In this document: positions 31,839 through 42,800 of the stretch, in pieces
How the letters are laid out: every line of letters begins with the position of its first letter
Position numbering within the stretch: the stretch's first letter is position 1
From: an uncultured Gammaproteobacteria bacterium
GTDB lineage: Bacteria > Pseudomonadota > Gammaproteobacteria > Xanthomonadales > SZUA-36
DNA: 64,000 nucleotides
Assembly: GCA_963815185.1 (NCBI GenBank)
Contig: CAWFGC010000011.1
Span: forward strand, 443,618-507,617
Direction: 5' to 3'
Notes under the pieces: model-generated
Databases searched by the model: none
What the model saw: the letters and a program-made list of their open reading frames with translations, nothing else
What the model was told of the DNA's origin: nothing
Program-made: the position numbers and the translations under genes

Positions 31839-32177
31839 CTACTTCTTCTTGGCAGCTTTCTTCTTGGCAGCAGCTTTCTTCTTGGGCGCAGCTTTCTTAG
31901 CCGGGGCTTTTTTCTTAGCGGCGGCTTTTTTGGCTGGAGCTTTCTTTGCTGGTGCTTTCTTTGCTGCGGCTCTCTTGGCTGGAGCTTTCTTAGCGGCTGC
32001 CTTTTTCCTGGCAGGTGCTTTCTTCTTGGCAGCAGCCTTTTTCCTGGCCGGTGCTTTCTTGGCAGCAGCTTTCTTCGCTGGTGCTTTCTTAGCAGCAGCT
32101 TTCTTTGCTGGTGCCTTCTTTGCTGGTGCTTTCTTCTTAGCAGCAGCTTTCTTCTTTGATGCTTTCTTTGTAGCCAT
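31839..32177 (-). CDS. histone H1-like Lys/Ala-repeat nucleoid protein
   Basis: MATKKASKKKAAAKKKAPAKKAPAKKAAAKK... is built almost entirely of K/A/P repeats. The + strand ORF opposite it is a Phe/Ala shadow. Confidence 0.7.
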   Translation of the reverse strand: MATKKASKKKAAAKKKAPAKKAPAKKAAAKKAPAKKAAAKKAPARKKAAAKKKAPARKKAAAKKAPAKRAAAKKAPAKKAPAKKAAAKKKAPAKKAAPKKKAAAKKKAAKKK

Positions 32178-32477
32178 GGTTCACTCCTTTTCAGGTCGGG
32201 CGATTGGTTTACACCAGTTCAGGTTTGTACTGTATAAAAAAATTCCCTGATCCGAGTGTGGTAATGCCCAGCTGCTCTCCACTTCCAAACTCCTAACGAA
32301 CTACATTGATAAGCGATTGGAACATGTACCACAGTGCGCATTATAAACTTCGCATTTCTCAACGCAACATTTCATGATGCTTATTTGCAAAAAAAATTTT
32401 TCGCGAAAAAAAATTTTTCCGAAACAAGTGAAGTGAAAAATGTGCGCAGCGAGCGCGCAATAATTTTTAACGCAAAT

Positions 32478-33263
32478 TTACGACCAGCGTGACTGGATGA
32501 TCTGACGCAGTTGCGTCATGAGTTTGTACGGTGCGGCGATAATCGTGCCGGTGTTTTCCACGTCATCGTTTCCGGAAAAATTCATCACGACGCCACCGGC
32601 TTCGCGCACGATCAGCGCACCTGCTGCGACATCCCAAGGCTTCAATCCAATTTCGAAAAAACCGTCGAGGCGCCCGGCCGCGACCCAGGCAAGATCGAGA
32701 CAGGCTGTACCGGCGCGGCGGAAGTCCTCGACCTTTTCAAAAACAGATTGAAAGATTTTTCCGTAAGCCGGCAAGAGCTCACGCTGCCGAAATGGAAACG
32801 CGGTTGCCAGGATCGCCTCATCGAGCACAATGCGGCTCGACACACGAATGCGTTTGTTGTTGAGGTAGGCGCCGCCACCACGGCTGGCTGTGAACAATTC
32901 CTCGCGCATCGGATCGAAGATGACGCCGTGTTCGGTGCGCCCGTTCACCTGCTGCGCAATGGAAACCGCGAAGTGTGGTAGTCCATGAAGATAATTGCTG
33001 GTGCCATCCAGCGGATCGATGACCCACACGGTATCGCTTTCTCCCGAGCGGCCGCTTTCTTCACACAAAAATGCATGGTCGGGGTAGAAGCGTTTAATTT
33101 GCCGTACAATTTCCGCCTCGCAGGCACGATCCACTTCACTGACATAATCGTGACGCGCCTTGCGAACAATGGGAATGGCGTCGACCTGCTGAAAACGGCG
33201 GCGCATGATTTCGCCGGCCGCGTGGGCGGCGCCAACTGCGATGTTGACGACTGAATGGGTCAT
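32478..33263 (-). CDS. suhB: inositol monophosphatase family protein SuhB
   Basis: FLCEESG, WVIDPLDGT and AAGALIVREAGG are present. Confidence 0.9.
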   Translation of the reverse strand: MTHSVVNIAVGAAHAAGEIMRRRFQQVDAIPIVRKARHDYVSEVDRACEAEIVRQIKRFYPDHAFLCEESGRSGESDTVWVIDPLDGTSNYLHGLPHFAVSIAQQVNGRTEHGVIFDPMREELFTASRGGGAYLNNKRIRVSSRIVLDEAILATAFPFRQRELLPAYGKIFQSVFEKVEDFRRAGTACLDLAWVAAGRLDGFFEIGLKPWDVAAGALIVREAGGVVMNFSGNDDVENTGTIIAAPYKLMTQLRQIIQSRWS

Positions 33264-33275
33264 GGCAAATTGTCA

Positions 33276-34064
33276 ATGAACACGAAAGCGGCACAGGATA
33301 GCAGAACAGACGGCGGCTTGTCGCAAAAAGCAGCGGGCTGCTTGCAGGAAGTTCGCGTGGTTTTGATCAACACCACGCACCCCGGAAATATCGGCGCCGC
33401 GGCGCGCGCGATGAAAGTAATGGGCCTGAGCAGCCTGCACCTGGTGACGCCGAAAATCTTTCCTCATGCCGAAGCCACCGCGCGTGCGTCTGGTGCAGAC
33501 GAACTGCTGCAAGCGGCCACGCTGCATGCATCTCTGGACAGTGCCGTTGCCGGCTGTGGTCTGGTGCTCGGAACCAGCGCGCGGTTGCGCAGTCTGGCAA
33601 TGCCGCAACTGGACGCACGCGCGGCTGCCCGGCGGACGCTGTCGGAGGCCGGTCAGCACGGGGTGGCCCTGCTCTTTGGACGCGAGCGTTACGGTTTGAC
33701 CAATGCAGAGATGCAGCGCTGTCACGCCCTGGTGCACATTCCTTCCAATCCTGATTACGCATCGCTCAATCTCGCCCAGGCGGTGCAGATCCTTGCTTAT
33801 GAACTGCGCATGGCAGCGCTGGGGGGTGATGGGCAGGTGCTGGATGCCCTGGGCTGGGAACCGGTCGATGGCTTGCAGATGGAGCGGTTTTACGAGCACC
33901 TGGAACAGGCTTTGCTGGACGTTCGATTTCTCAATCCGAAGCAGCCCAAAAAATTGATGATGCGCTTGCGCCGCCTGTTCAATCGCGCGCGTCCCGACCA
34001 GAATGAGATCAACATCCTGCGCGGTATCCTGACCGCCGCACAGGAGTCTTCATCCAAACGGTAA
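33276..34064 (+). CDS. trmJ: tRNA (cytidine/uridine-2'-O-)-methyltransferase TrmJ (SpoU class)
   Basis: VRVVLINTTHPGNIGAAARAMKVMGL and LNLAQAVQILAYE are present. An alternative ATG at 33255 is possible. Confidence 0.8.
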   Translation: MNTKAAQDSRTDGGLSQKAAGCLQEVRVVLINTTHPGNIGAAARAMKVMGLSSLHLVTPKIFPHAEATARASGADELLQAATLHASLDSAVAGCGLVLGTSARLRSLAMPQLDARAAARRTLSEAGQHGVALLFGRERYGLTNAEMQRCHALVHIPSNPDYASLNLAQAVQILAYELRMAALGGDGQVLDALGWEPVDGLQMERFYEHLEQALLDVRFLNPKQPKKLMMRLRRLFNRARPDQNEINILRGILTAAQESSSKR

Positions 34065-34076
34065 TACCAGCGAGCG

Positions 34077-34721
34077 TCAATCAAACGTCCACTTTTTCAG
34101 ATAGCCCGGTAGCGGGAGATCCGTCAGCAAGTCCGGCGCGGGCTGCGGCTTGCCGGCCTTCACCCGCAGCGGAAGCACTCCGGCCCAGGCCGGCGCATCC
34201 CGGTCTTTGCGCGGGTCATCCGGCGGACTGTCACTGACCTTGACCGTATAATTTTGCAGCGGCAGCGACAACAAGGTGGTTGCGTTCAGTTCCTTGCGGG
34301 TCGATGGGCGGATGTCCGCCAGCCGGCCGGGCATCAGGTGCTCGGTCAACAGTTCCAGGCCGCGGTTTTTTTCTTCCGCGCCGGTCACCGGCCTGGCCTG
34401 CCCAAAAACCATCACGCAGCGGTAGTTCATGGAAGAATTGAACGCGGAGCGTGCCAGCACCAGGCCGTCGAGCAGCGTCACCGTGACGCAACAGGGCAGC
34501 CCGTCCGCCAGGGTTTTCATCAGGCGGCTGGCGACCGAACCGTGCAGCAGCACGTGATCGTCATCACGAGCCAGGGCCATCGGTACCACATAGGGCTGGT
34601 GATCCAGGCTGAATCCAACATGGCAGATGCGCGCCGCATCGATAATCTTGCAGGCCAGCGCATAGTCGCGGCTGCCTTTTTCGCGCAATCGCCTGAATCG
34701 CATGTCGGGTTGGTTTGGCAT
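34077..34721 (-). CDS. pyridoxamine 5'-phosphate oxidase-like FMN-binding family protein
   Basis: The N-terminal split-barrel pattern (ICHVGFSLDHQPYVVPMALARDDDHVLLHGSVASR) is present. Confidence 0.5.
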   Translation of the reverse strand: MPNQPDMRFRRLREKGSRDYALACKIIDAARICHVGFSLDHQPYVVPMALARDDDHVLLHGSVASRLMKTLADGLPCCVTVTLLDGLVLARSAFNSSMNYRCVMVFGQARPVTGAEEKNRGLELLTEHLMPGRLADIRPSTRKELNATTLLSLPLQNYTVKVSDSPPDDPRKDRDAPAWAGVLPLRVKAGKPQPAPDLLTDLPLPGYLKKWTFD

Positions 34722-34835
34722 CTGAGTACTCTCCGGTTTTGGTTAGAATACATTTATCGCGTGCGGCCGTCAGGAGGCCGCGCAAGTTTAACCCGGGACT
34801 GCGGGCGAAGGTATGCACGATCGCGATGAGCAAAC

Positions 34836-35219
34836 ATGAGTAACAGGACGGGTATGGAAAAGCCGGACTTCGGCGCCTGGGTGAGGAATGTCTGGCAGGT
34901 GGTGCAGGGCATACCCAGGGGTTGCGTTCTGACTTATGGGGAAGTGGCGAGACTGGCCGGGCTGGGTGGTTCCGCCCGCAGGGTGAGTCAGGCATTGCGC
35001 CGGGCACCGCGCGGCATGAAGCTTCCCTGGCACCGGGTCATCAATGCGCAAGGTATGATTTCATTCCCGCGCGACAGTGAAGGCTACCGGCAGCAAAAAG
35101 CCTTGTTGGAAAAAGAGGGCGTGGTGTTTCTCAATGGCAAGACCGATTTGCAGCGATTCGGTTATGCCGGAGCTCTGGATCGCCTGCTGTGGGGGTCGCC
35201 GGAGGATGGGGGCGGATAA
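34836..35219 (+). CDS. alkyltransferase-like (ATL) / MGMT DNA-binding domain protein
   Basis: YGEVARLAG...LPWHRVINAQG carries PWHRV, where Trp replaces the catalytic Cys of PCHRV. Confidence 0.7.
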   Translation: MSNRTGMEKPDFGAWVRNVWQVVQGIPRGCVLTYGEVARLAGLGGSARRVSQALRRAPRGMKLPWHRVINAQGMISFPRDSEGYRQQKALLEKEGVVFLNGKTDLQRFGYAGALDRLLWGSPEDGGG

Positions 35220-35221
35220 GC

Positions 35222-36058
35222 TCACGCGCAACCCAGGCCCCTGGCATGATGCCGCAAATGATCTTCGATGAAGGTCGCAATAAAGAAATAGCTGTGGTCA
35301 TAACCTTCCTGCATCCGCAGCGTGAGGGGATAGTGGTTCGCCAGGCAGGCCTGCTCCAGTGCGCCGGGTTTGAGCTGCTCGCTGAGGAAATCGTCTTCGG
35401 TGCCCTGGTCGATCAGAAGCGGTAATTGTTCCTGCGCATTGCCGATGAGCAGGGCGGCGTCATAGGCCGCCCAGTCGTTGTGATCATCGCCGAGATAGGC
35501 CGTCAGCGCTTTTTGTCCCCAGGGACAATCCGAGGGGTGGCAAATGGGCGCAAAGGCCGATACGGATCGATAGCGGCCGGGGTTGCGCAGATAGCATACC
35601 AGTGCACCGTGACCGCCCATGGAATGTCCGCTGATGCCGCGGCGTTCCGTCAACGGGAAATTCGCCTCGACGAGTTCCGGCAATTCCTGTGTGACGTAGT
35701 CGTACATGCGGTAATTTTGATTCCACGGGGGCTGCGTTGCATTGACATAGAAACCCGCGCCCGAACCGAAATCATAACTGTCGTGCTCGCCCGGAAAGTC
35801 GCTTCCGCGGGGGCTGGTATCCGGGCAGACGATGGCCATGCCCAATTCCGCCGCCACTCTTTGTGCGCCGGCTTTTTGCATGAAATTTTCATCGGTGCAG
35901 GTCAGGCCCGATAGCCAGTAGAGCACGGGTACGGGTTGGCGGGCAGCCTGGGGCGGCAGGAAAATCGCAAATACCATGTCACAGTCACAGCACACGGACG
36001 CATGCCGGACGCGCTGCACTTCGCCGCCGAAGCTGCGGTTACGGGAAATGATTTCCAT
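35222..36058 (-). CDS. fghA: S-formylglutathione hydrolase (esterase D)
   Basis: PVLYWLSGLTCTDENF, the GHSMGGHGAL nucleophile elbow and DQGTEDDFL are present. Confidence 0.9.
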   Translation of the reverse strand: MEIISRNRSFGGEVQRVRHASVCCDCDMVFAIFLPPQAARQPVPVLYWLSGLTCTDENFMQKAGAQRVAAELGMAIVCPDTSPRGSDFPGEHDSYDFGSGAGFYVNATQPPWNQNYRMYDYVTQELPELVEANFPLTERRGISGHSMGGHGALVCYLRNPGRYRSVSAFAPICHPSDCPWGQKALTAYLGDDHNDWAAYDAALLIGNAQEQLPLLIDQGTEDDFLSEQLKPGALEQACLANHYPLTLRMQEGYDHSYFFIATFIEDHLRHHARGLGCA

Positions 36059-36068
36059 GCCGGCCCGG

Positions 36069-37187
<1,119 letters not shown>

Positions 37188-37475
37188 CTAGGTATGCGCA
37201 ATTACTTTGTCGGTGAACAGGTAATCCCGTAACTCGTGATCGAATTTCGGATCGCGCCGGCGGATCCATTCCAGCAACATCGAAGCGTGTTCCTTCTCCT
37301 CGTCCCGGTTGTGGGCCAGGATGGCCGCCAGTTCCGGGTCCTCGCAGGCATCCACGCGCTGGTTGTACCAGTCCACTGCCTCGAGTTCCTCCATCAGCGA
37401 GGTGATGGCGCGATGCATGTTGCGGGTTTCGTCACTCAGTTCATCGAGCGGCTCGTGATAGCCTTCATTCGCCAT
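37188..37475 (-). CDS. encapsulated-ferritin-like (EncFtn family) protein lacking an obvious targeting tail
   Basis: MEELEAVDWYNQRVDACEDPELAAILAHNRDEEKEHASMLLEWIRRRDP matches the EncFtn di-iron helix pair as I remember it. The protein ends 8 aa after YLFT. Confidence 0.65.
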   Translation of the reverse strand: MANEGYHEPLDELSDETRNMHRAITSLMEELEAVDWYNQRVDACEDPELAAILAHNRDEEKEHASMLLEWIRRRDPKFDHELRDYLFTDKVIAHT

Positions 37476-37498
37476 GAGTTCTTGCCTCCTGTTTGCTT

Positions 37499-38331
37499 TT
37501 AGTTTGATTCCATCTGCTGCAGGTGGACGTCACGCTGCGGATAGGGAATGCTGCAGCCAGCGGCTTCGAGTTCCGCCTTGCCGCGTTCCAGAACATCTCC
37601 CCAGACGGTCCAGTAATCGTCCGTCTTTGTCCACGGGCGCACCGCAAATTCAACGCTGCTGTCACCCAGGTTAAGGACAAAAATACTGGTTGCCGGTTCA
37701 GCCAGAACTTTTTCGTGCGTCGGCGCAGACGCGGGTCAGCACTTCGCGCACGACCTTCAAATCATCGTCATAGCCGACACCAAATACAAGATCTACGCGC
37801 CGCATGGTCCTGGCCGTGTAATTGGTAATGGTTCCGGCTGCCACCTGGCCGTTGGGGATCACCACCTGCTTGTTGTCCGGCGTGATCAGCAGCGGTGTTG
37901 AAAATGTGAATTTCCTCCACTTTGCCGGTGACGCCGGCAGCCTCGATGAAATGTCCCTTGCTGAACGGCCGGAACATTACCAGCATCACGCCGGCCGCGA
38001 AATTGCTCAGTGAGTCCTTCATCGCCAGACCGACAGCCAGGCCTGCTGCGCCAACGATGGCCAGCAGCGAGGTAATCGGCAGACCCAGAGTGTCCAGCGC
38101 TGCCAGAATCACGGCCACCAGCAAGGCGGCGTAGACGATATTGCTGAGAAAGGTGACCAGTGTCGGCTCCACCGCGCGGACTTGCATCAACTTCACCAGC
38201 GAACGGTTCAACAGCCCGGCGATCCATTTACCAACGATATAGATGACCAGGGCCACGACCAGTTTGACGGCCCAGCCGGACACCACGGGCAAGAGTTCTG
38301 CGTTCAGAAAAAATTGTTTCAGATCTTCCAT
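37499..38331 (-). pseudogene. mscS: small-conductance mechanosensitive channel (MscS family) with two frameshifts
   Basis: MEDLKQFF...GLAMKDSLSNFAAGVMLVMFRPF is followed, after a shift near 37897, by LLITPDNKQVVIPNGQVAAGTITNYT. After a second shift near 37712 it continues EKVLAEPATSIFVLNLGDSSVEFAVRPWTKTDDYW...IPYPQRDVHL. Total length is 833 nt. Confidence 0.8.
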
Positions 38332-38365
38332 TGCGTATTCCCGTTTGTGCGATGACAGAATTGCC

Positions 38366-38773
38366 TCAGGTAATATCTTCTCCCGGTTCCAGCGATTGCT
38401 CCATTTGATCCGCGGTGCGCGCCACATGGAGGATCACGTAATCGAGTTCCTCATCCACCAGGAAGGCGTACGGCAGGTTCTCGCACATTTTGATATAGGG
38501 CACGCCATCCAGATCGCCAACCGCCAGGTAACCCACACGCTGCATCAAATTGATGCGCAGGCATTTCTCGGCATCGAGATCGGCCAGCGGTGCAACGGGT
38601 GTTTCCACGCGCAGAACGCGGCGGCCATCGCTGGTATTCAGTTCGGCCAGAAACATGCTCTGAAGCCGCCCTGGCTCGTCCATCAGGCATTCGAAACTGA
38701 TGATGAACGGCTCGTCGATTTTCAGTTCGTACGAATCCATGATGTGCTTGCGTACTTCGGAAAACGTTTCCAT
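38366..38773 (-). CDS. hypothetical protein, possibly YbjN-like
   Basis: The 135-aa ORF starts at METFSEVRKHI. The acidic C-terminus and overall pattern are reminiscent of YbjN or chaperone-like proteins, but the assignment is weak. Confidence 0.5.
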   Translation of the reverse strand: METFSEVRKHIMDSYELKIDEPFIISFECLMDEPGRLQSMFLAELNTSDGRRVLRVETPVAPLADLDAEKCLRINLMQRVGYLAVGDLDGVPYIKMCENLPYAFLVDEELDYVILHVARTADQMEQSLEPGEDIT

Positions 38774-38810
38774 TTGCTTGATCCCTGTCGTTGCCGTTTC
38801 TCTATGGCGG

Positions 38811-39578
38811 TTATTTGGGCGCCAGCCGTACCGCGCCGTCGAGCCGGATGGTGGTGCCGTTAAGATACACATTCTCGGTGATGTGTTGAACCACGGCGGC
38901 GAATTCATCCGCTTTGCCGAGACGCGAAGGGAAGGGTATGGATGCACTCAGCGATTGCTGCACGGCTTCGGGCATGCCATCCACCATGGGTGTCCAGAAA
39001 ATACCGGGCGCAATGGTCATCACGCGAACGCCGATGCGAGCGAATTCCCGTGCCATGGGCAGGGTCATGCCGACAATGCCGCCCTTGGAAGCGGAGTAGG
39101 CTGCCTGCCCGATCTGGCCTTCAAAGGCGGCGACGGACGCGGTATTGACGATCAGGCCACGCTCCCCATCTTCGCCGGGCTCGTTGTGCTGCATGCGGTC
39201 GGCCGCTGCTTTGGCGACATTGAAGCTGCCCACCAGGTTGATCATGATGGTATGGGTAAAAAATGACAAGTCCATCGGTGCTTCCCGGCCCAGCACCCGC
39301 CCGGCGCCGATGACGCCCGCGCAGTTCACCGCCAGGTTGAGACCGCCGTGGGCTTCGAGCATTTCCTCCACGGCGCGGATGACCGCGACTTCCGAAGTGA
39401 CGTCGGTGTGCAGATAACACGTGCCATGGCCCAATTCCCTGGCCACAGCCGGGCCGGCCGCGTCGTTGATATCCAGCAGGCAAACCTTACCCCCGCCGGC
39501 AATGATGCGGCGTGCAACTGCGAGGCCGAGCCCGGAAACACCGCCGGTGACCAGGGCCTTGACTTGCGTGAATTCCAT
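38811..39578 (-). CDS. short-chain dehydrogenase, 3-hydroxyacyl-CoA dehydrogenase type-2-like
   Basis: TGGVSGLG, NCAG and YSASKGG (catalytic YxxxK) are present. The insertion HNEPGEDGERG is typical of the HSD10 type. Confidence 0.8.
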   Translation of the reverse strand: MEFTQVKALVTGGVSGLGLAVARRIIAGGGKVCLLDINDAAGPAVARELGHGTCYLHTDVTSEVAVIRAVEEMLEAHGGLNLAVNCAGVIGAGRVLGREAPMDLSFFTHTIMINLVGSFNVAKAAADRMQHNEPGEDGERGLIVNTASVAAFEGQIGQAAYSASKGGIVGMTLPMAREFARIGVRVMTIAPGIFWTPMVDGMPEAVQQSLSASIPFPSRLGKADEFAAVVQHITENVYLNGTTIRLDGAVRLAPK

Positions 39579-39636
39579 GTTTTCGACTCCTCGTTTGTTT
39601 TGATTCTTGCTTCGATCCGTATCGCGCGCTACATAC

Positions 39637-41244
39637 TTACATGCGGAACACGCCAAAATGACCTGATTCCGCTGGCGCATTCTGCGCGATCGACAAACCG
39701 TGCGCGAGCACAGCGCGCGTATCCACCGGATCGATAATCCCATCGTCCCACAGCCGGGCTGAGGCGTAGTAAGGATGTCCCTGCCGTTCGTACTGTTCTC
39801 GTATCGGCGCTTTGAATGCGAGCTCTTCTTTCTCCGACCAGGAGGCTCCGCTGGCTTCCATGCCTTCGCGCTTGACCGTCGCCAGCACCGATGAGGCCTG
39901 TTCCCCGCCCATTACCGAAATGCGGGCATTGGGCCACATCCATAGAAATCTGGGTTGATAGGCGCGGCCGCACATGGCGTAATTGCCGGCGCCGAAAGAG
40001 CCGCCGATCACCACGGTAAAGCGCGGTACACGGCTGGTTGCGACCGCCATCACCATCTTCGCTCCATCCTTTGCAATTCCGGAATTTTCGGCCTGCTTTC
40101 CGACCATGAAGCCGGTAATATTCTGTAGGAATATCAATGGGATATTGCGTTGATTACATAATTCTATGAAATGTGTGGCCTTCAGTGCCGATTCGGAAAA
40201 CAGGATGCCGTTATTGGCCAGGATGCCCACCGGATAGCCTTCCAGATGGGCGAAGCCGCAGACCATGGTCTTGCCATAGCGTGCTTTGAATTCATGAAAT
40301 TCACTTCCGTCAACCAGCCGCGCGATGATTTCGCGCACATCGTAGGCAAAGCGTGTGTCCTGCGGCACGATGCCGTAGATCTCATCGCTGGCGAATCGCG
40401 GCGAAACCGGCTTCCTGAGTTCGAGCGCGGAGGTCTTCACGCGGTTCAGGTGGGCGATGGCTTCACGTGCCATCAGTAGCGCGTGGGCATCGTTTTCCGC
40501 CATGTGATCGACCACGCCGGAACGGGTGCTGTGCACGCGGGCGCCGCCCAGCGATTCGGCATCGACGATTTCGCCGGTGGCGGCCCGGACCAGGGGCGGC
40601 CCGCCAAGAAAGATGGTGCCCTGATCCTTGACGATAATGGATTCATCGCTCATGGCCGGGACGTAGGCGCCACCGGCAGTGCACGAACCCATGACCACGG
40701 CGACCTGCGGAATGTTGCGCGCCGACAGGCGTGCCTGGTTGTAGAAAATGCGGCCAAAATGATCCCGGTCCGGGAACACATCGTCCTGCAGCGGAAGAAA
40801 AGCGCCGCCGGAGTCCACCAGATAGACACAGGGCAGGTGATTTTCCAGAGCGATTTCCTGCGCCCGCAGATGCTTCTTTACCGTGATGGGAAAATAGGTG
40901 CCGCCCTTTACGGTGGCGTCATTGGCTACCACCATCACGTCGCGGCCATGCACCTGGCCTATGCCGGTGATGACGCCGCCGCACGGGGCGCTGCCCTCGT
41001 ACAGGCCGTATCCGGCCAGGGATGAAAGTTCCAGGAATGGGCTGTCACGGTCCAGCAGCGCGGCAACGCGTTCACGCGGCAGCAGCTTGCCGCGCGCCTG
41101 ATGTTTTTCGCAGGCCTGCTGGCCGCCGCCGAGGCTGGCGGCAGCGACTTGCTGCTTGAGGTCGGCCACCAGGCCGCGCATGAATCCGGCGTTCTGTGCA
41201 TACTGCGGTGAGCCGGCATCTACCTTGGTTTCTATCGTCGCCAT
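39637..41244 (-). CDS. mccB: methylcrotonyl-CoA carboxylase carboxyltransferase (beta) subunit
   Basis: It is a 535-aa carboxyl transferase carrying [11 protein letters not shown] and GVITGIG. It lies in an ivd/thiolase context. Confidence 0.8.
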   Translation of the reverse strand: MATIETKVDAGSPQYAQNAGFMRGLVADLKQQVAAASLGGGQQACEKHQARGKLLPRERVAALLDRDSPFLELSSLAGYGLYEGSAPCGGVITGIGQVHGRDVMVVANDATVKGGTYFPITVKKHLRAQEIALENHLPCVYLVDSGGAFLPLQDDVFPDRDHFGRIFYNQARLSARNIPQVAVVMGSCTAGGAYVPAMSDESIIVKDQGTIFLGGPPLVRAATGEIVDAESLGGARVHSTRSGVVDHMAENDAHALLMAREAIAHLNRVKTSALELRKPVSPRFASDEIYGIVPQDTRFAYDVREIIARLVDGSEFHEFKARYGKTMVCGFAHLEGYPVGILANNGILFSESALKATHFIELCNQRNIPLIFLQNITGFMVGKQAENSGIAKDGAKMVMAVATSRVPRFTVVIGGSFGAGNYAMCGRAYQPRFLWMWPNARISVMGGEQASSVLATVKREGMEASGASWSEKEELAFKAPIREQYERQGHPYYASARLWDDGIIDPVDTRAVLAHGLSIAQNAPAESGHFGVFRM

Positions 41245-41300
41245 GGACGCATTATGCCAGCTTTACAACGATGGCCGTGACCGCGCTTGGCATGGCCTGC

Positions 41301-42479
41301 CTAGGCTGGTAATTCGACGGCAACCGCGACGGCTTCGCCCCCGCCCAGGCACAAGGTGGCGACACCGCGCCTGGCGCCACGCCGGCGCATGGCGTGAATG
41401 AGGGTGACCAGAATGCGTGCGCCGGAAGCGCCCACCGGATGGCCCAGGGCGCAGGCGCCGCCATTCACATTCACTTTGGCGTGATCCAGTTTGAGGTCGG
41501 TCATCGCTGCCATGGTGACGGCAGCAAAGGCTTCGTTGATTTCGAACAGATCGACATCGCGAATTTTCCAGCCGGCTTTTTTCAGCACCTTGGCAATGGC
41601 TTGTGACGGCGCCGTGGTGAACCACTCGGGTTCCTGCGCATGGGTGGCATGCGCAACGATACGCGCCAGGGGTTCGATGCCGAGTTCTGCCGCCTTGTCA
41701 GCCGTCATCAGGACCATTGCGGCCGCGCCGTCGGAGATGGAGGAGGAATTGGCGGCGGTAACCGTACCGTCTGCCTTGAATGCGGGGCGCAACTGGGGAA
41801 TTTTCTCGATATTGCAGCGCGGCGGCTCTTCGTCCTGGTCATAGACGGCTGAACTGTGGCGGGTTTTCACCGCAGCCGGGGTAATTTCATCAGCGAAATC
41901 GCCCTCGGCCATTGCGCGCTGGGCACGCTCGACCGAGGCAATGGCAAATGCGTCCTGTTGTTCACGGGTAAAGTGGTAGCGGTCGGCGCACATTTCACCA
42001 AACACCCCCATCATCTTTTCGTCGAAGGGGCTCTGCAGTGCATCAAATAACATGTGATCCAGAACCCGGCCATGGCCCATGCGCATACCGGCGCGCGCCT
42101 TGCGCAACAGGTAGGGCGCCTTGGTCATGGATTCCATGCCGCCGGCAAGAGCGATCTCGGAACTGCCGGCTTTGATTGCGTCGTGCCCCAGCATGACGGC
42201 TTTCATGCCGGAGCCGCAGACCTTGTTGATCGTCGTGCAGCCTACGCTAACCGGAATGCCGGCCTTTATCGCTGCCTGGCGCGCGGGCGCCTGACCCAGG
42301 CCGGCTGATAGTACGCAGCCCATGATGACTTCACTGAGATCGGCCCCGCCGATACCCGACTGCGTTAGCGCGGCCTCGATGGCTATGGCGCCGAGATCGG
42401 TGGCGCTGACCGATTTGAATTGGCCCTGAAAGGACCCGATGGGCGTGCGCTTGGCGCTGACGATCACGATTTCGGGCAT
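41301..42479 (-). CDS. acetyl-CoA C-acyltransferase (thiolase)
   Basis: INKVCGSGMKA (active Cys), NVNGGACALGHPVGASG and CLGGGEAVA are present. Confidence 0.9.
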   Translation of the reverse strand: MPEIVIVSAKRTPIGSFQGQFKSVSATDLGAIAIEAALTQSGIGGADLSEVIMGCVLSAGLGQAPARQAAIKAGIPVSVGCTTINKVCGSGMKAVMLGHDAIKAGSSEIALAGGMESMTKAPYLLRKARAGMRMGHGRVLDHMLFDALQSPFDEKMMGVFGEMCADRYHFTREQQDAFAIASVERAQRAMAEGDFADEITPAAVKTRHSSAVYDQDEEPPRCNIEKIPQLRPAFKADGTVTAANSSSISDGAAAMVLMTADKAAELGIEPLARIVAHATHAQEPEWFTTAPSQAIAKVLKKAGWKIRDVDLFEINEAFAAVTMAAMTDLKLDHAKVNVNGGACALGHPVGASGARILVTLIHAMRRRGARRGVATLCLGGGEAVAVAVELPA

Positions 42480-42800
42480 ATTCAGGACTCCTGTGGTGGG
42501 CTCAGTTGCGTTGCCCGTCTTTGGAAAAACGGCAAGATAACGGCGATCGACGAAGGATATGCGCTGGTGTCGCAGATGCCCGTATGCTTCCCATGCTTAT
42601 ATCTTTGTCTTGTTTCGAATGCATTCAAGTTGCCAAATAGCGCAAGTTCAGTATCTAAGGCTTGTACACGAACTAACCGAACTTTGCGCACTGCAGCACA
42701 ATTTGTCTTGACCCTGGTCAACGGGCTGTGCAGTTAGGGCATTGTATGGAGAAGCCGGGTATAAATCACGCAAATTTTCTGCACTGCAGCAAAAGCCTTT

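Noticed and set aside
31768-32250. A 160-aa Phe/Ala/Leu-repeat ORF on the plus strand.
   Set aside because: It is the mirror image of the Lys/Ala repeat gene on the minus strand. The KKAAAKK reading has a start codon, an SD-like context and known precedent.
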